Shown here: piece after piece, positions 1 through 9,815 of the stretch
Position numbering within the stretch: the stretch's first letter is position 1
Layout: every line of letters begins with the position of its first letter
Virus genome (UHGV): UHGV-0310767
Length of the DNA: 64,000 nucleotides
Reading direction: 5' to 3' (one strand)
From: a virus
Made by a program: the position numbers and the translations under genes
The notes under the pieces: generated by a model
Databases searched by the model: none
What the model was told of the DNA's origin: nothing
The model's input: the letters and a program-made list of their open reading frames with translations, nothing else

Positions 1-3000
1 TAAATAGTAGTAATTTTCAGATTTTAGTTGCGGCAACATTGGATGCCGCTAATATACAAAAACAGTTAAACGCAATATCCAAAAAATATGGAACGATGAA
101 GATTAATTTAGATGTAGACAATACATCTTTAAATAATGCCACTAACTCATTAAATAATTATCAGCAAGGTTTAAAACAAACTAGTGAAGCGGCACAAAAT
201 ACATCTCAAAGCATTGGAGACATTATAGGTAAAGTAACCAAATTTGGGGGGGCTACTTTAATTATAAATAAATTTCGACAAGCAATTGTTGATGGATATG
301 GTGCAGTAAAAGAACTTGATGCTTCTGTAACAGAATATAGAAAAGTATCAGAACTTACAGATTCTCAAATGGGAGGTTTCATTGATACCGCCAGAGAATT
401 AGGTTTAACAGTGGCAAGAACAGCAGATGAAATGGTAGAAGCGGCTACAGAATTTAAAAAGATGGGTAATGATGATTCCACATCTTTACAGTTAGGTAGA
501 TTAGCTACTATGTTTCAGAATATTGCTGATGAAGCAATAAGTGCTGGTGATAGTGCTAGTTTTATTAACTCTCAGATGAAAGCATTTAATTTTACAGCTA
601 ATGAAGCTATTCATGTTTTGGATGCTGTTAATGAGGTAGCTAATAATTTTGCTGTTTCTTCTGGTGATATTTCTACAGCTTTACCCAAAGTTGCTAGTAC
701 AATGGCATTAGCTGGAAATAGTTTTGAGGAAACTATAGGATTACTTACGGCTGGTGCTGAAATAATTCCTAATCAGGCTTCCAGAATTGCTAGAGGTTTA
801 CGTTCTATCACTTTGAATCTTCAAGGTTTAAATGAGGATGGAGAGCAAGTTGCTGGAATGGCGGCTTCTATGCAGGAAGAATTTGATAAGTTAGGTATTT
901 CTTTGCTGGACAATCAGGGACAGATTAAAAGTACTTATCAGATTTTTAGCGAATTAGCAGAAATTTTCCCAAAATTAGATAAAAATACACAAACGTATTA
1001 TGCTAGTTTGATTGGCGGTAAAACTCAGGTAGACGTAGTAACAGCCATACTTAAAAACTTTGAAACTGCACTTAACGCTACAGATACAGCTATAAATTCT
1101 GTTGGTTCTGCCATGATAGAAAATGAGAAATATCTTGATTCTATTCAAGGTAAATTATCTGCTTTAAATTCTGAATTTGAGAAATTCTGGACAGAAGGAA
1201 TCAGTTCAGATATGGTAAAACAGATAGTTGAATTTGGAACAGGTGTTCTTAAATTAGTAAATGCTTTAGGTGGATTACCTACTATTCTTACAGCCGTAGT
1301 AGGAATTATAGCTACTTTAAAAGGCTATAACATAATAACTTCTTTAGGTAAAATGGGAAGTTCGTTAGCTAATGTTATAGGTTTAGTAGTTAGTTTAAGG
1401 AAAGATGGTTTTTCTTTAATTGAAATATTTACTGGCTTATCTTCTAGTGCTACATTAGCAAGTGTGGCTATTGGTGGAGTTGCGGCGGCCTTAACTATAG
1501 GTGTTGCGGCCTATTCTTATTATACTCAAGCACAAGCCAAAGCAAGAGAAGAAGCTTTAAAAGCCGCAGAAGATTTCGGCACAGAAGCCACTTCTTTAGC
1601 AGATTTACAGAAAAAGTATAATGAAATATGGACTTCTCAAGATGATGAAGAAACAAAAGCTACTAAATTAGCAGAAGTTAGAAAAACTTTAACTGACCAG
1701 TATGGGCTTGAAAAAGAACAATTGGATAAGTTAAATGAAAGTCGTGAAGCTGGAAATGCTTTATTAAACGAAGAAGCTTTTTCAAAAGCCGCAGAAGCTT
1801 ATGCAAAAAGTGTAGACGAAATACAGAAAGCACAAGAATATCTCCTTAATAATTCTATGCTTAATTATGGTGTAGATATAGGAAATAATTTAAGTGATGA
1901 AGTATTTGCTAAATTAGATAAAGCTTTTAAAGATGTATCTGAAAAAGCGCAAGGAATGATTGTAAATCTTAAAGGTACACCAGAAGAATTAGAAAAAGCT
2001 TTAGTAGAAGCTATCAATTATATGTCAGCTTTAGAGAATCCCACTCAAAATGAAATAAATTTATTAAATCGTTTTAAGAGTGATTTAAGAAGTTTATCGA
2101 AAGAAATTGATAGTTCTAATGAAGTTATAAGTAGAACACAGCAAGCTTATCTGCTTAATAACGATGCAGTTCAAACTTTCCTTAATTCCAGTTATCAAAC
2201 AAAGGAAGAAATGGAAGCGGCAAAACAAGTAGTGTTAGATAGTTTAACACCTCTTGATTCTTACCGTAAAGGTTTTGAAAATATTGTTAGTAGTGCGTTC
2301 CCAGAATGGAGCGAAAGTTCTAAAGAAAATGCAGAAGATTTAAGAGTTGAAATGAACAATGGTTCTGATGCCGCCGAGGAATATGCTAAAAAGATAAAAG
2401 AATTAGCAGGAAGTTTAAGTGAATGTCAAACTGCCTATGATACACTTACAGAGGTAGCAAAGGAATACAATGAAACTGGTAACTTAAATGTTGAAACTTT
2501 ATCGAAATTATTAAAGCTTAATCCAGAGTTTTACCAAGCTTTATCTATGCAAGAGGGAAAGCTGGTTGTCAATACTGAACTTCTTAACCAGATGGCTCAG
2601 GAGTACGCTACAAATGCGTACAGCGCAGTAACAGCGGCCCAAGGGGTTGATACCTTATCTACTTCGTTGGATGGAACTGCAACGGCAGGAATTGACGCTA
2701 CTCAGCGAATAACCGAAGCCGGGAACGCCGCTATAGAAGCAGGACAGAAAGCTTTAGAAGGTGCAAAAGGATTTAGGTCACTTATAGGAAGTATGGGGAC
2801 ATTTGTCAGTACTTTAAAAAGTGGTTTAACTGGTGATAATGGAGATGGAACAAAAGAGTATGGTCATGCTTTTGATGCTCAAGTTCAAGCTTATCAAAAG
2901 AAACAGCAAGATGATTTATTAGCCCATTTATTTGATGGGATTTCAATTGATACTAGTGGTGGAAAGAAAAAGGGTGGTGGCAAATCTGGTAAGGATAGTG

Positions 3001-4535
3001 CAGAGAAAGCCGCCAAAGAAGCCGCAAAAGCTTACAAAGAAGAATTTGAAAAACGTATCAGCGAAATTAAATTTAAGTTTGATATGGGAGATGTTACTGA
3101 ACTAGGATATTGGAAAGAAGTAGATAAAATAGTTCAGGAATTTTATGCTAATAATGAAGCTTATGCAGAAGAATATAGAGATTGGACAGCTAAGATACAA
3201 AAAGGAATGGTATCTGGAACTAAAGCAAACTTTGAATTAGAAAGGGATGCTTTAGACCATAAGTTAGCTATGGATTTGATTTCTCAAGAAACTTATTATA
3301 GAGAACTTGAGAAATTAAGACAAAAGTATTATGCACAGGATGCTATTTATGCGGCACAAAGTGAAGATATCGAAGAAGAAATATATGCTTTTAAGAAAAA
3401 GAAATTAAAAGATTTAGCAGAAGAACGTAAGAGACAGCGTAAAAAAGAATGGGATGAAGAAACAGATTGGTTAAATGAGCAGAAGTCACGTTATGAAACT
3501 GCTTTTAATTATATTGATTCTTTAGCCCAGAAAGAAATTGATGCTCTTGAAGAACAAAAGAAAGCTATTGAAGATAAATACAATGCAGAGATAGATAAAA
3601 TCAATGAAGCGCAAGATGCTTTAAATGATGAAATTGAATTGCAGGAAAAGTTAGAAGCTTTAGCCAAAGCTCAGAACACAAAGATTAGAGTTTATCGTGA
3701 AGGTGTAGGTTTTGTTTATGAAAATGACCAGTCTGCCGTAGATGAAGCCAAAGCCGCTCTTACACAGTATCAGAAAGAACAGGATACTAAGAAAGAGATT
3801 AAACGATTAGAAGATATTAGAGATGCTACAATCGAAAGTGTAGAGGAACAGATTGAGTATTGGGAAAAGTATAGGGATGAATGGAAAGACATGGTTAATT
3901 CCTATACAGAACAACAGAACAAACTTATTGCTGAACAGGTTTTAGGTATTTCACTTGAAGGTGAAAACTGGGAAAAACGTTTAGGAAATTTACAAGATTA
4001 CGTAGATAGATATAACAGCATTCTTTCTCAATTGAAACATAGAGGAAGTTATGATGATGATGATGATGATTGGGACGATGATGATTATGATTATGGTACT
4101 GGTGGAGGTGGTGGCTCTGCTGGTGGAGGTGGCACAATTGGCCCGTCTGACCATGCTGGAAGTGGTGGACATTGGGATTCCAGTGATTCATCACATGGCC
4201 CCGGTGTAGCCGCTAATGGAACAACGACAGGCCATGGTCTTACAATGGTAGGAGAAAAAGGTAGAGAATTAAGAGTTTTAGGAAACGGAGTAAACGAAGC
4301 TGACGGTATTGTTCCTAATCATTTGACTGAGAATCTTATGAAATTAGGACAATATTCACCTAGAGAATGGATTAATGCTCTTACACACAATCCTGGTAAT
4401 CAACAGTGTTCAACGCAGTATTCTTATGCGTTTGATAGTCTAGTATTACCTAATGTAACTAATGCAGATAGCTTTATTAGTGAATTAAAAAATATTAAAA
4501 ATCAGGCAATTCAGATGGGAGGAAGGAGGTTTTAA
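1..4535 (+). CDS. Tail tape measure protein, 5'-partial (the reading frame is open to the window start). Long coiled-coil alpha-helical protein with a C-terminal poly-Asp/poly-Gly low-complexity segment.
   Basis: 1498-aa ORF of TMP-like composition (A/E/K/L/Q-rich, coiled-coil heptads). Position immediately upstream of the tail/baseplate genes. No in-frame stop between nt 3 and 39, so it is probably truncated by the window edge. Confidence 0.8.
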   Translation, partial: NSSNFQILVAATLDAANIQKQLNAISKKYGTMKINLDVDNTSLNNATNSLNNYQQGLKQTSEAAQNTSQSIGDIIGKVTKFGGATLIINKFRQAIVDGYGAVKELDASVTEYRKVSELTDSQMGGFIDTARELGLTVARTADEMVEAATEFKKMGNDDSTSLQLGRLATMFQNIADEAISAGDSASFINSQMKAFNFTANEAIHVLDAVNEVANNFAVSSGDISTALPKVASTMALAGNSFEETIGLLTAGAEIIPNQASRIARGLRSITLNLQGLNEDGEQVAGMAASMQEEFDKLGISLLDNQGQIKSTYQIFSELAEIFPKLDKNTQTYYASLIGGKTQVDVVTAILKNFETALNATDTAINSVGSAMIENEKYLDSIQGKLSALNSEFEKFWTEGISSDMVKQIVEFGTGVLKLVNALGGLPTILTAVVGIIATLKGYNIITSLGKMGSSLANVIGLVVSLRKDGFSLIEIFTGLSSSATLASVAIGGVAAALTIGVAAYSYYTQAQAKAREEALKAAEDFGTEATSLADLQKKYNEIWTSQDDEETKATKLAEVRKTLTDQYGLEKEQLDKLNESREAGNALLNEEAFSKAAEAYAKSVDEIQKAQEYLLNNSMLNYGVDIGNNLSDEVFAKLDKAFKDVSEKAQGMIVNLKGTPEELEKALVEAINYMSALENPTQNEINLLNRFKSDLRSLSKEIDSSNEVISRTQQAYLLNNDAVQTFLNSSYQTKEEMEAAKQVVLDSLTPLDSYRKGFENIVSSAFPEWSESSKENAEDLRVEMNNGSDAAEEYAKKIKELAGSLSECQTAYDTLTEVAKEYNETGNLNVETLSKLLKLNPEFYQALSMQEGKLVVNTELLNQMAQEYATNAYSAVTAAQGVDTLSTSLDGTATAGIDATQRITEAGNAAIEAGQKALEGAKGFRSLIGSMGTFVSTLKSGLTGDNGDGTKEYGHAFDAQVQAYQKKQQDDLLAHLFDGISIDTSGGKKKGGGKSGKDSAEKAAKEAAKAYKEEFEKRISEIKFKFDMGDVTELGYWKEVDKIVQEFYANNEAYAEEYRDWTAKIQKGMVSGTKANFELERDALDHKLAMDLISQETYYRELEKLRQKYYAQDAIYAAQSEDIEEEIYAFKKKKLKDLAEERKRQRKKEWDEETDWLNEQKSRYETAFNYIDSLAQKEIDALEEQKKAIEDKYNAEIDKINEAQDALNDEIELQEKLEALAKAQNTKIRVYREGVGFVYENDQSAVDEAKAALTQYQKEQDTKKEIKRLEDIRDATIESVEEQIEYWEKYRDEWKDMVNSYTEQQNKLIAEQVLGISLEGENWEKRLGNLQDYVDRYNSILSQLKHRGSYDDDDDDWDDDDYDYGTGGGGGSAGGGGTIGPSDHAGSGGHWDSSDSSHGPGVAANGTTTGHGLTMVGEKGRELRVLGNGVNEADGIVPNHLTENLMKLGQYSPREWINALTHNPGNQQCSTQYSYAFDSLVLPNVTNADSFISELKNIKNQAIQMGGRRF

Positions 4536-4570
4536 CCTCCCCTCTTTACATAAAAAAGGAGTGAGATATT

Positions 4571-4843
4571 ATGACAGGAAATTTTGATATAAATAAAGAA
4601 TTATTGGATGTAATGAGAATTATCGCAAGACAAGAAATAGAAAAATGTAATAGAGATATTACAAAAACTGCTAGAGTAATAGCGGTAAATACTGATAAAA
4701 CAGTTAAAATAGAAATGGATGGAAAACAATATGATAATATTCCTAATTATAATGGGACTACTTTAACAACTAATGATATTGTAAAAGTAACTTATCCTCA
4801 AGGACAGACAAGTAATATGTATATATCTGGGGGGGGCGTTTAA
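4571..4843 (+). CDS. Small tail-module protein (90 aa). Ends in GGGV, encoded by a G8 tract, and is possibly the N-terminal half of a protein fused with the next ORF.
   Basis: Good RBS (aaaggagtgagatatt ATG). ORF ends at the G8 tract 4829-4836. Confidence 0.5.
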   Translation: MTGNFDINKELLDVMRIIARQEIEKCNRDITKTARVIAVNTDKTVKIEMDGKQYDNIPNYNGTTLTTNDIVKVTYPQGQTSNMYISGGGV

Positions 4844-4848
4844 TAATA

Positions 4849-5097
4849 TTGGGTATAACTGATTATGGAATTTTGCAATTAAAATCAGAAAATTCAAATC
4901 CTAGTAGTCCAGAAGGTTCGCAAATTTCATTTCATGGAATGGGTGGAGATACAGGAAAAGGTCAAGATTATTTGTGTTTAGATGCTAATAATGGAGATAT
5001 AAGAATATTTGGTAATTTTGGAGGGGGAGATATTGTAAAAGTGTATGCTTTTACAAATGATGGGTTATATTTTGATGGCAAGAAAATAGGGCCTTAA
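4849..5097 (+). CDS. Small tail-module protein (82 aa) with no RBS of its own. Probably the continuation of 4571..4843 after a +1/-2 slip in the G8 tract.
   Basis: TTG start without an RBS. In frame with the upstream ORF if the G tract is 9 (or 6) long. Confidence 0.4.
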   Translation: MGITDYGILQLKSENSNPSSPEGSQISFHGMGGDTGKGQDYLCLDANNGDIRIFGNFGGGDIVKVYAFTNDGLYFDGKKIGP

Positions 5098-5118
5098 TAT
5101 AAAGGGGTGAAAAAATAA

Positions 5119-6264
5119 ATGGTAACAAAACCAATACTTAATGCTATGATAGCATTCGATGCTACCAATCCTGCAACATTTACATTTTACTCTGTTGGTG
5201 GTAATCAGGTAGTAAAAAATCAGCTTACTATAAGAAATAATTCTACTAATCAGATAATTTATCAAAACTCAGTAGAAACATTTAAGTTTGAGCATACTGT
5301 TCCTGGTGGGACTTTAACTAATGGAACATATTATAATGCTTCTATTATCACTTATGATGCTACAGGAGAAGCAAGTACTCCTAGTGAACCTATACAGTTT
5401 TGGTGTTATAGTGCACCTACTTTAACTTTTACTAATATTCCTCCCACATTGATTATAAATGCTTCAAGTTTTTTATTTGAGTTTACTTATAATCAGGCAC
5501 AGGGAGAATTGTTAAATTACTATTCTGTTATTTTATATAACTCAAATCATAGTGAAATAAATAACAGTGGAGAAATTTATCCTGGGGCCGGGACACCTCC
5601 GTTATCATTATCTTATTTATTAACAGGTTTTGATGATAAAACTTCTTATTATATAGAGGTAAAGGGGTATACAGTCAATGGAACTTTAGTTACTACAGGA
5701 CAGACTTTGTTTACAGTAACTTATTCTAGTCCTTCTGTTTTTGGTATTTTAGGATTGACAAATGACTGTAAAGAAGGATATATTACAGGAGAATCTATTA
5801 TTTCTATTATTGAAGGTGAAAGTAATCCTTCTCCACCTATATTTATCGACAATGCTACAGGTCAAGAAATTGACTTAAGAGGTGAGGGGCATTGGGTAAG
5901 ATGGGTGAGCGGATTCCAGGCAAATGGAGATTTCACTGCACAATGGTGGATGCGTGACATGAATCCTGATACAGAAATCAGTTATTTTTACAATAATATA
6001 GGACAAAAAATAACCTTTACTTATAGACATGGTTATTATAGAAATGAAACTACTTTAAAAACTTATGTAGAGTTATGGTGTACTAATAATGCTATAACAG
6101 GAGATATTTACTTTAGATATAGTAATTATATTCCCCTTCCTGCTGACACTGATTATTTAACTTTATGGGTAAGAAGGATTGGAAATATATACGATATTAT
6201 GTTGGTTAATTTAGGGCCTGTAATCCCCGTAGCCAAAGTTATAGGAGGTGGAGAGAATGTTTAG
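5119..6264 (+). CDS. Tail/baseplate structural protein (381 aa)
   Basis: Follows the TMP. Ser/Thr/Asn/Tyr-rich, beta-type composition typical of distal tail and baseplate proteins. RBS aaggggtgaaaaaataa ATG. Confidence 0.5.
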   Translation: MVTKPILNAMIAFDATNPATFTFYSVGGNQVVKNQLTIRNNSTNQIIYQNSVETFKFEHTVPGGTLTNGTYYNASIITYDATGEASTPSEPIQFWCYSAPTLTFTNIPPTLIINASSFLFEFTYNQAQGELLNYYSVILYNSNHSEINNSGEIYPGAGTPPLSLSYLLTGFDDKTSYYIEVKGYTVNGTLVTTGQTLFTVTYSSPSVFGILGLTNDCKEGYITGESIISIIEGESNPSPPIFIDNATGQEIDLRGEGHWVRWVSGFQANGDFTAQWWMRDMNPDTEISYFYNNIGQKITFTYRHGYYRNETTLKTYVELWCTNNAITGDIYFRYSNYIPLPADTDYLTLWVRRIGNIYDIMLVNLGPVIPVAKVIGGGENV

Positions 6265-7018
6265 TTTCGTAGGTTACAACTTCGTACAAGATAGTAACGC
6301 CCTCGACCCATCACCTAGTAGTGTAAATAACATAACTAGCATTCAGTTACAGAATGGTATTTACGATTATTTTCATTTGACCAATAATGTAACAGCCGAA
6401 TATTCTCCTATTGAGCCTTTAGAATGGGCTTATTTGGATATTATCAATGCTAATTTTAATGGTAATATCAATGGTGGTAACGTTGAGTTCTTATTGGATT
6501 ATTTGACAGCTATCAAAGTAAAGAGAAGAATAAAAGGAACTTTCAACTGGGTAACTTTGAAAACAGTTCCAGTTAAAACATTTGATGATTTAAACTTCGT
6601 GTTTAGGGATTATCTTAACGGAAATTTTGTGGATTATGAGTATGCTTTGGTTCCAATTCTAAATGGGGCCGAAGGAGATTATATAACCAATAGTATTACC
6701 AGCCAATTTGCAGGAGTGTTCTTATGTGATAAGGATACTATATACAAATATTATGCTGGTGTTTCTTATGGTAGTGCAAAACGTGTGAAAAAAGTAGGAG
6801 TATTTGAAGCTTTTGGTAGTCAGTATCCTATTGTAGTATCAAACGCTTTAACGAATTATCATTCTGGTAGTGTAAGCGGAACGATTCTTCCTAAAGATTA
6901 TGATGAAACTAGAGCCTTGAATAGAATGGCAATTGTACAACAGGGTAAAGAATTAATTGACTTTATTACAAATAATAAAGCAAAAATTCTAAAAGACTTA
7001 ACATTATGTGTTGCATAA
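6248..7018 (+). CDS. Baseplate/tail structural protein (256 aa). Possibly exon 1 of an intron-interrupted gene.
   Basis: Overlapping start with the upstream gene (translational coupling). Followed by a 310-nt structured non-coding region, an endonuclease ORF, and a short in-frame-looking coding segment at 8205..8370. Confidence 0.5.
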   Translation: MERMFSFVGYNFVQDSNALDPSPSSVNNITSIQLQNGIYDYFHLTNNVTAEYSPIEPLEWAYLDIINANFNGNINGGNVEFLLDYLTAIKVKRRIKGTFNWVTLKTVPVKTFDDLNFVFRDYLNGNFVDYEYALVPILNGAEGDYITNSITSQFAGVFLCDKDTIYKYYAGVSYGSAKRVKKVGVFEAFGSQYPIVVSNALTNYHSGSVSGTILPKDYDETRALNRMAIVQQGKELIDFITNNKAKILKDLTLCVA

Positions 7019-7331
7019 TATAGGTCGCTTTCATAGTGATATGAAAGAAAAATAATATATTGAATTGCTGGAAACCCCTAAAGCCGCATGAACCACAACG
7101 TAAGTATGAAATAAGACTAAGCGTGATGGTGACGAAAGTAGAAAGAATCATGTGGATGGCATAAGGTTAAATCCTAAGTGCTAATATAAAATGGGCAATC
7201 AGCCGCCAAGCCTTGAATAGAGGAAGGTTCAACGACTATCCCGTAAGGGAGTACACTGCAAGCGATTGGCAGTGGAAGTGGTATACGTCTTATAATCTTG
7301 ACCAATACTATAAAAAGAAGGAGGTGAAAAA

Positions 7332-8093
7332 ATGGTGATAGATAATCAAATGGTTGAAATGAAATGGCATCCAAGAAATAAACAATATTATACAGATTTG
7401 GGTTATATCTACACGAAAATAGGTGATAAATTTGAAGTGAAAGTAGAACATTTAACTAAAGGAGCAAAATCTTTAGTAGATGTTCGTTGTGATTATTGTG
7501 GGAAAATAATTAAAGTAAAATACCAAAATTATATAAATAGATATAGTCCCACATTAAAAGATGCTTGCACTCAGTGTAAAACTAAGAAAGCTATAGATTC
7601 TAATTTAAATAGATATGGAGTTTCAAATGTTTTTGAATTAGAAGATATAAAAAGCAAAAGTAAAAATACATTTTTGGAGAAATATGGAGTAGACCATTAT
7701 TCTAAGTCTACTGATTTTAAAAATGTAGTTCCTAACAAAATAAGAAAAACTTTGTATAGAAATGGTACAGTTCCTACTTCCAGTCAACAATTAAATATAT
7801 ATGATTTGTTGAAAACTAAATATAAAGAATGTTTCATTAATTATCCTTGTGGTTCATGCTCTTTAGGTTGTTTAGTGAAGGAAAAAGGTGTATCTATTGA
7901 TATAGAATATGATGGCAATTATTGGCATCAAGATAAACAAAAAGATAGAAAAAGAGATGAATTTATTAAGTCTCAAGGTTATAAAATATTAAGAATAAAA
8001 AGTGATAGAAATATTCCCACTTTAAAACAGTTAGTAAAAGCTATTAATTGTTTGGTCAAGAGCAATCATAGCTATAAGGAAATAAGATTATAA
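7332..8093 (+). CDS. Putative homing endonuclease, either free-standing or intron-encoded. N-terminal CxxC...CxxC zinc ribbon plus a C-terminal nuclease-like domain (IEYDGNYWH ... RDEFIKSQGYKILRI).
   Basis: Two Cys pairs (CDYCG, CTQCK). The C-terminal motif resembles Vsr/PD-(D/E)XK-type homing endonucleases. Inserted into the structural module between coding segments. Strong RBS aagaaggaggtgaaaaa ATG. Confidence 0.4.
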   Translation: MVIDNQMVEMKWHPRNKQYYTDLGYIYTKIGDKFEVKVEHLTKGAKSLVDVRCDYCGKIIKVKYQNYINRYSPTLKDACTQCKTKKAIDSNLNRYGVSNVFELEDIKSKSKNTFLEKYGVDHYSKSTDFKNVVPNKIRKTLYRNGTVPTSSQQLNIYDLLKTKYKECFINYPCGSCSLGCLVKEKGVSIDIEYDGNYWHQDKQKDRKRDEFIKSQGYKILRIKSDRNIPTLKQLVKAINCLVKSNHSYKEIRL

Positions 8094-8388
8094 GACGAAG
8101 ATATAGTCTGTGCTTTATAGAAATATAAAGATGCACGTAATGGTGCTGACATAATGTAGCGAATTATGTTGAACAAAAACAGGGAATGGAAATGTATGGT
8201 TGATTATGCCAATTGGAGAGCCAACTACTAGTTATAATAGTAGCTGGGGTATGGGTAAAATTGATGTAAACTTTGAGTATGTAGAGGTAGGAGATGCCAA
8301 TTCAGAAAGTGATTTAATGTCACTGGGATTGATTGAACCATCGGTTGATACTTCTACAATTAATAAATAAAGAAAGGAGTAGATTAAT

Positions 8389-9804
8389 ATGGCTTTAATA
8401 ATAAATCAAGATTTATACACAGTTACTAAGCAAAGAGTTAAAAATCGTCAGATAAAAATTAATCTACTCAATTATTCTTATCAGATTGTAGACGAAATAA
8501 CAGGTAATGTTGTAAGTGGAACCATTAATGTTGATGCTAATAATGACCAGCGAAGGTCTTGCAACATTACCTTAGTTGTAGATGATAGGAATGAATTTGA
8601 GATTAAGAGTGGTGGAAAAATTTGGTTAGATAAGTACATTCAGATTTTTGTTTCTGAGTTTAATTTCTTAACACAGGAATGGCAGTGGGTTAATTTGGGT
8701 ATTTATATTATTAATACTCCCACATGGGCTTATGATGCTTCTACAAATGCTTTATCTTTTGAAGGTTTAGACTTAATGGCTAAATTAACAGGTGTAAGAA
8801 ATGGATATATTAGTGATATGCCTACACTTATTCCCCAGGGAAGTAATGTACGTAATGCTATTATTGAAATTTTGAAATTGGCAGGAGTAGAAAAGTATAT
8901 TGTAGAAGAATTACCTTATACTTTACCTTATGATATACAGGTAGATATAGGAGATACAGTCTATAATTTATTGGCTCAATTAAGAGATGTTGATGCTACA
9001 AAGGAAATCTTCTTTGATGTAAATGGAGTATTTAAATATCAAAGCATTCCTAGTGGTCATGATGAAGCGTCCCTTATAGATGATGATGTATGGAACATAG
9101 TTACATTGACAGAATCTATTGTTACAGATTTTGAATCAGTAAAAAATGTAATAAGAGTATTTGGAAAATCTCTTGACCCAACATATTTTCCTTCGGCAAC
9201 AACGGTTACAAGCAATATTATTAATCTAACAATTGCAGATTATCCTACTAATATTACTGCTGATACAAGTTTCACTGTAGGTTGGGTAAATCCTATAACT
9301 ATGGGTGGGAATCCTTTCATAAAAGTAAATTCTAATACTGCTTTACCTCTTGTTAATGAAGATGGAACACCAGCGGCATTAGATAGAGCTAATCAATACT
9401 ATGTTGCAAGATATCAAAATCAGAAATTTATATTTTTAGGATATCAGCAAATATATGGAGAAGCTAAAGATGAAAACCCAGAAAGTCCTTTCTATATAGG
9501 AAGTACAATAGGAGAAATTGCTATTCCTTTACAGGGTGGAGAATATGACAATATTTATACTAACGAATTAGCCCGTCAAAGAGCAAAATATGAATTATTT
9601 TTGCGTACAAGAATGAATGATGGAGTTAATTTAACATGTGTTCCTATTTGGTGGCTGGATGTAAATATAGTTGTTTCGTATACAGTAAAGGATACTAATA
9701 CGCCAAAACAATATATTATTAAAAGCTTTTCAGCGGATTTGCAAGAAACTGGTGTTCAGAATATCAGTATGATATCTTATTATCCGCAATATGAATCTTT
9801 TTAA
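8389..9804 (+). CDS. Baseplate/tail structural protein (471 aa)
   Basis: RBS aaggagtagattaat ATG. Position in the tail module. Confidence 0.5.
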   Translation: MALIINQDLYTVTKQRVKNRQIKINLLNYSYQIVDEITGNVVSGTINVDANNDQRRSCNITLVVDDRNEFEIKSGGKIWLDKYIQIFVSEFNFLTQEWQWVNLGIYIINTPTWAYDASTNALSFEGLDLMAKLTGVRNGYISDMPTLIPQGSNVRNAIIEILKLAGVEKYIVEELPYTLPYDIQVDIGDTVYNLLAQLRDVDATKEIFFDVNGVFKYQSIPSGHDEASLIDDDVWNIVTLTESIVTDFESVKNVIRVFGKSLDPTYFPSATTVTSNIINLTIADYPTNITADTSFTVGWVNPITMGGNPFIKVNSNTALPLVNEDGTPAALDRANQYYVARYQNQKFIFLGYQQIYGEAKDENPESPFYIGSTIGEIAIPLQGGEYDNIYTNELARQRAKYELFLRTRMNDGVNLTCVPIWWLDVNIVVSYTVKDTNTPKQYIIKSFSADLQETGVQNISMISYYPQYESF

Positions 9805-9815
9805 GGAGGTAAGAA

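Noticed and set aside
3925-4194. Minus-strand ORFs 3925..4194 and 3990..4172 (His- and Ile/Thr-rich)
   Set aside because: They overlap the GAT/GGT low-complexity repeat of the tape-measure gene on the opposite strand; they are alternate-frame readings of a triplet repeat, not genes.
4536-4556. Hairpin ggagg-ttttaa-cctcc at the TMP stop, considered as a terminator
   Set aside because: The stem overlaps the stop codon and is followed by the RBS of the next tail gene with only a short T stretch. It is more likely RBS context than a functional terminator in the middle of the late operon.
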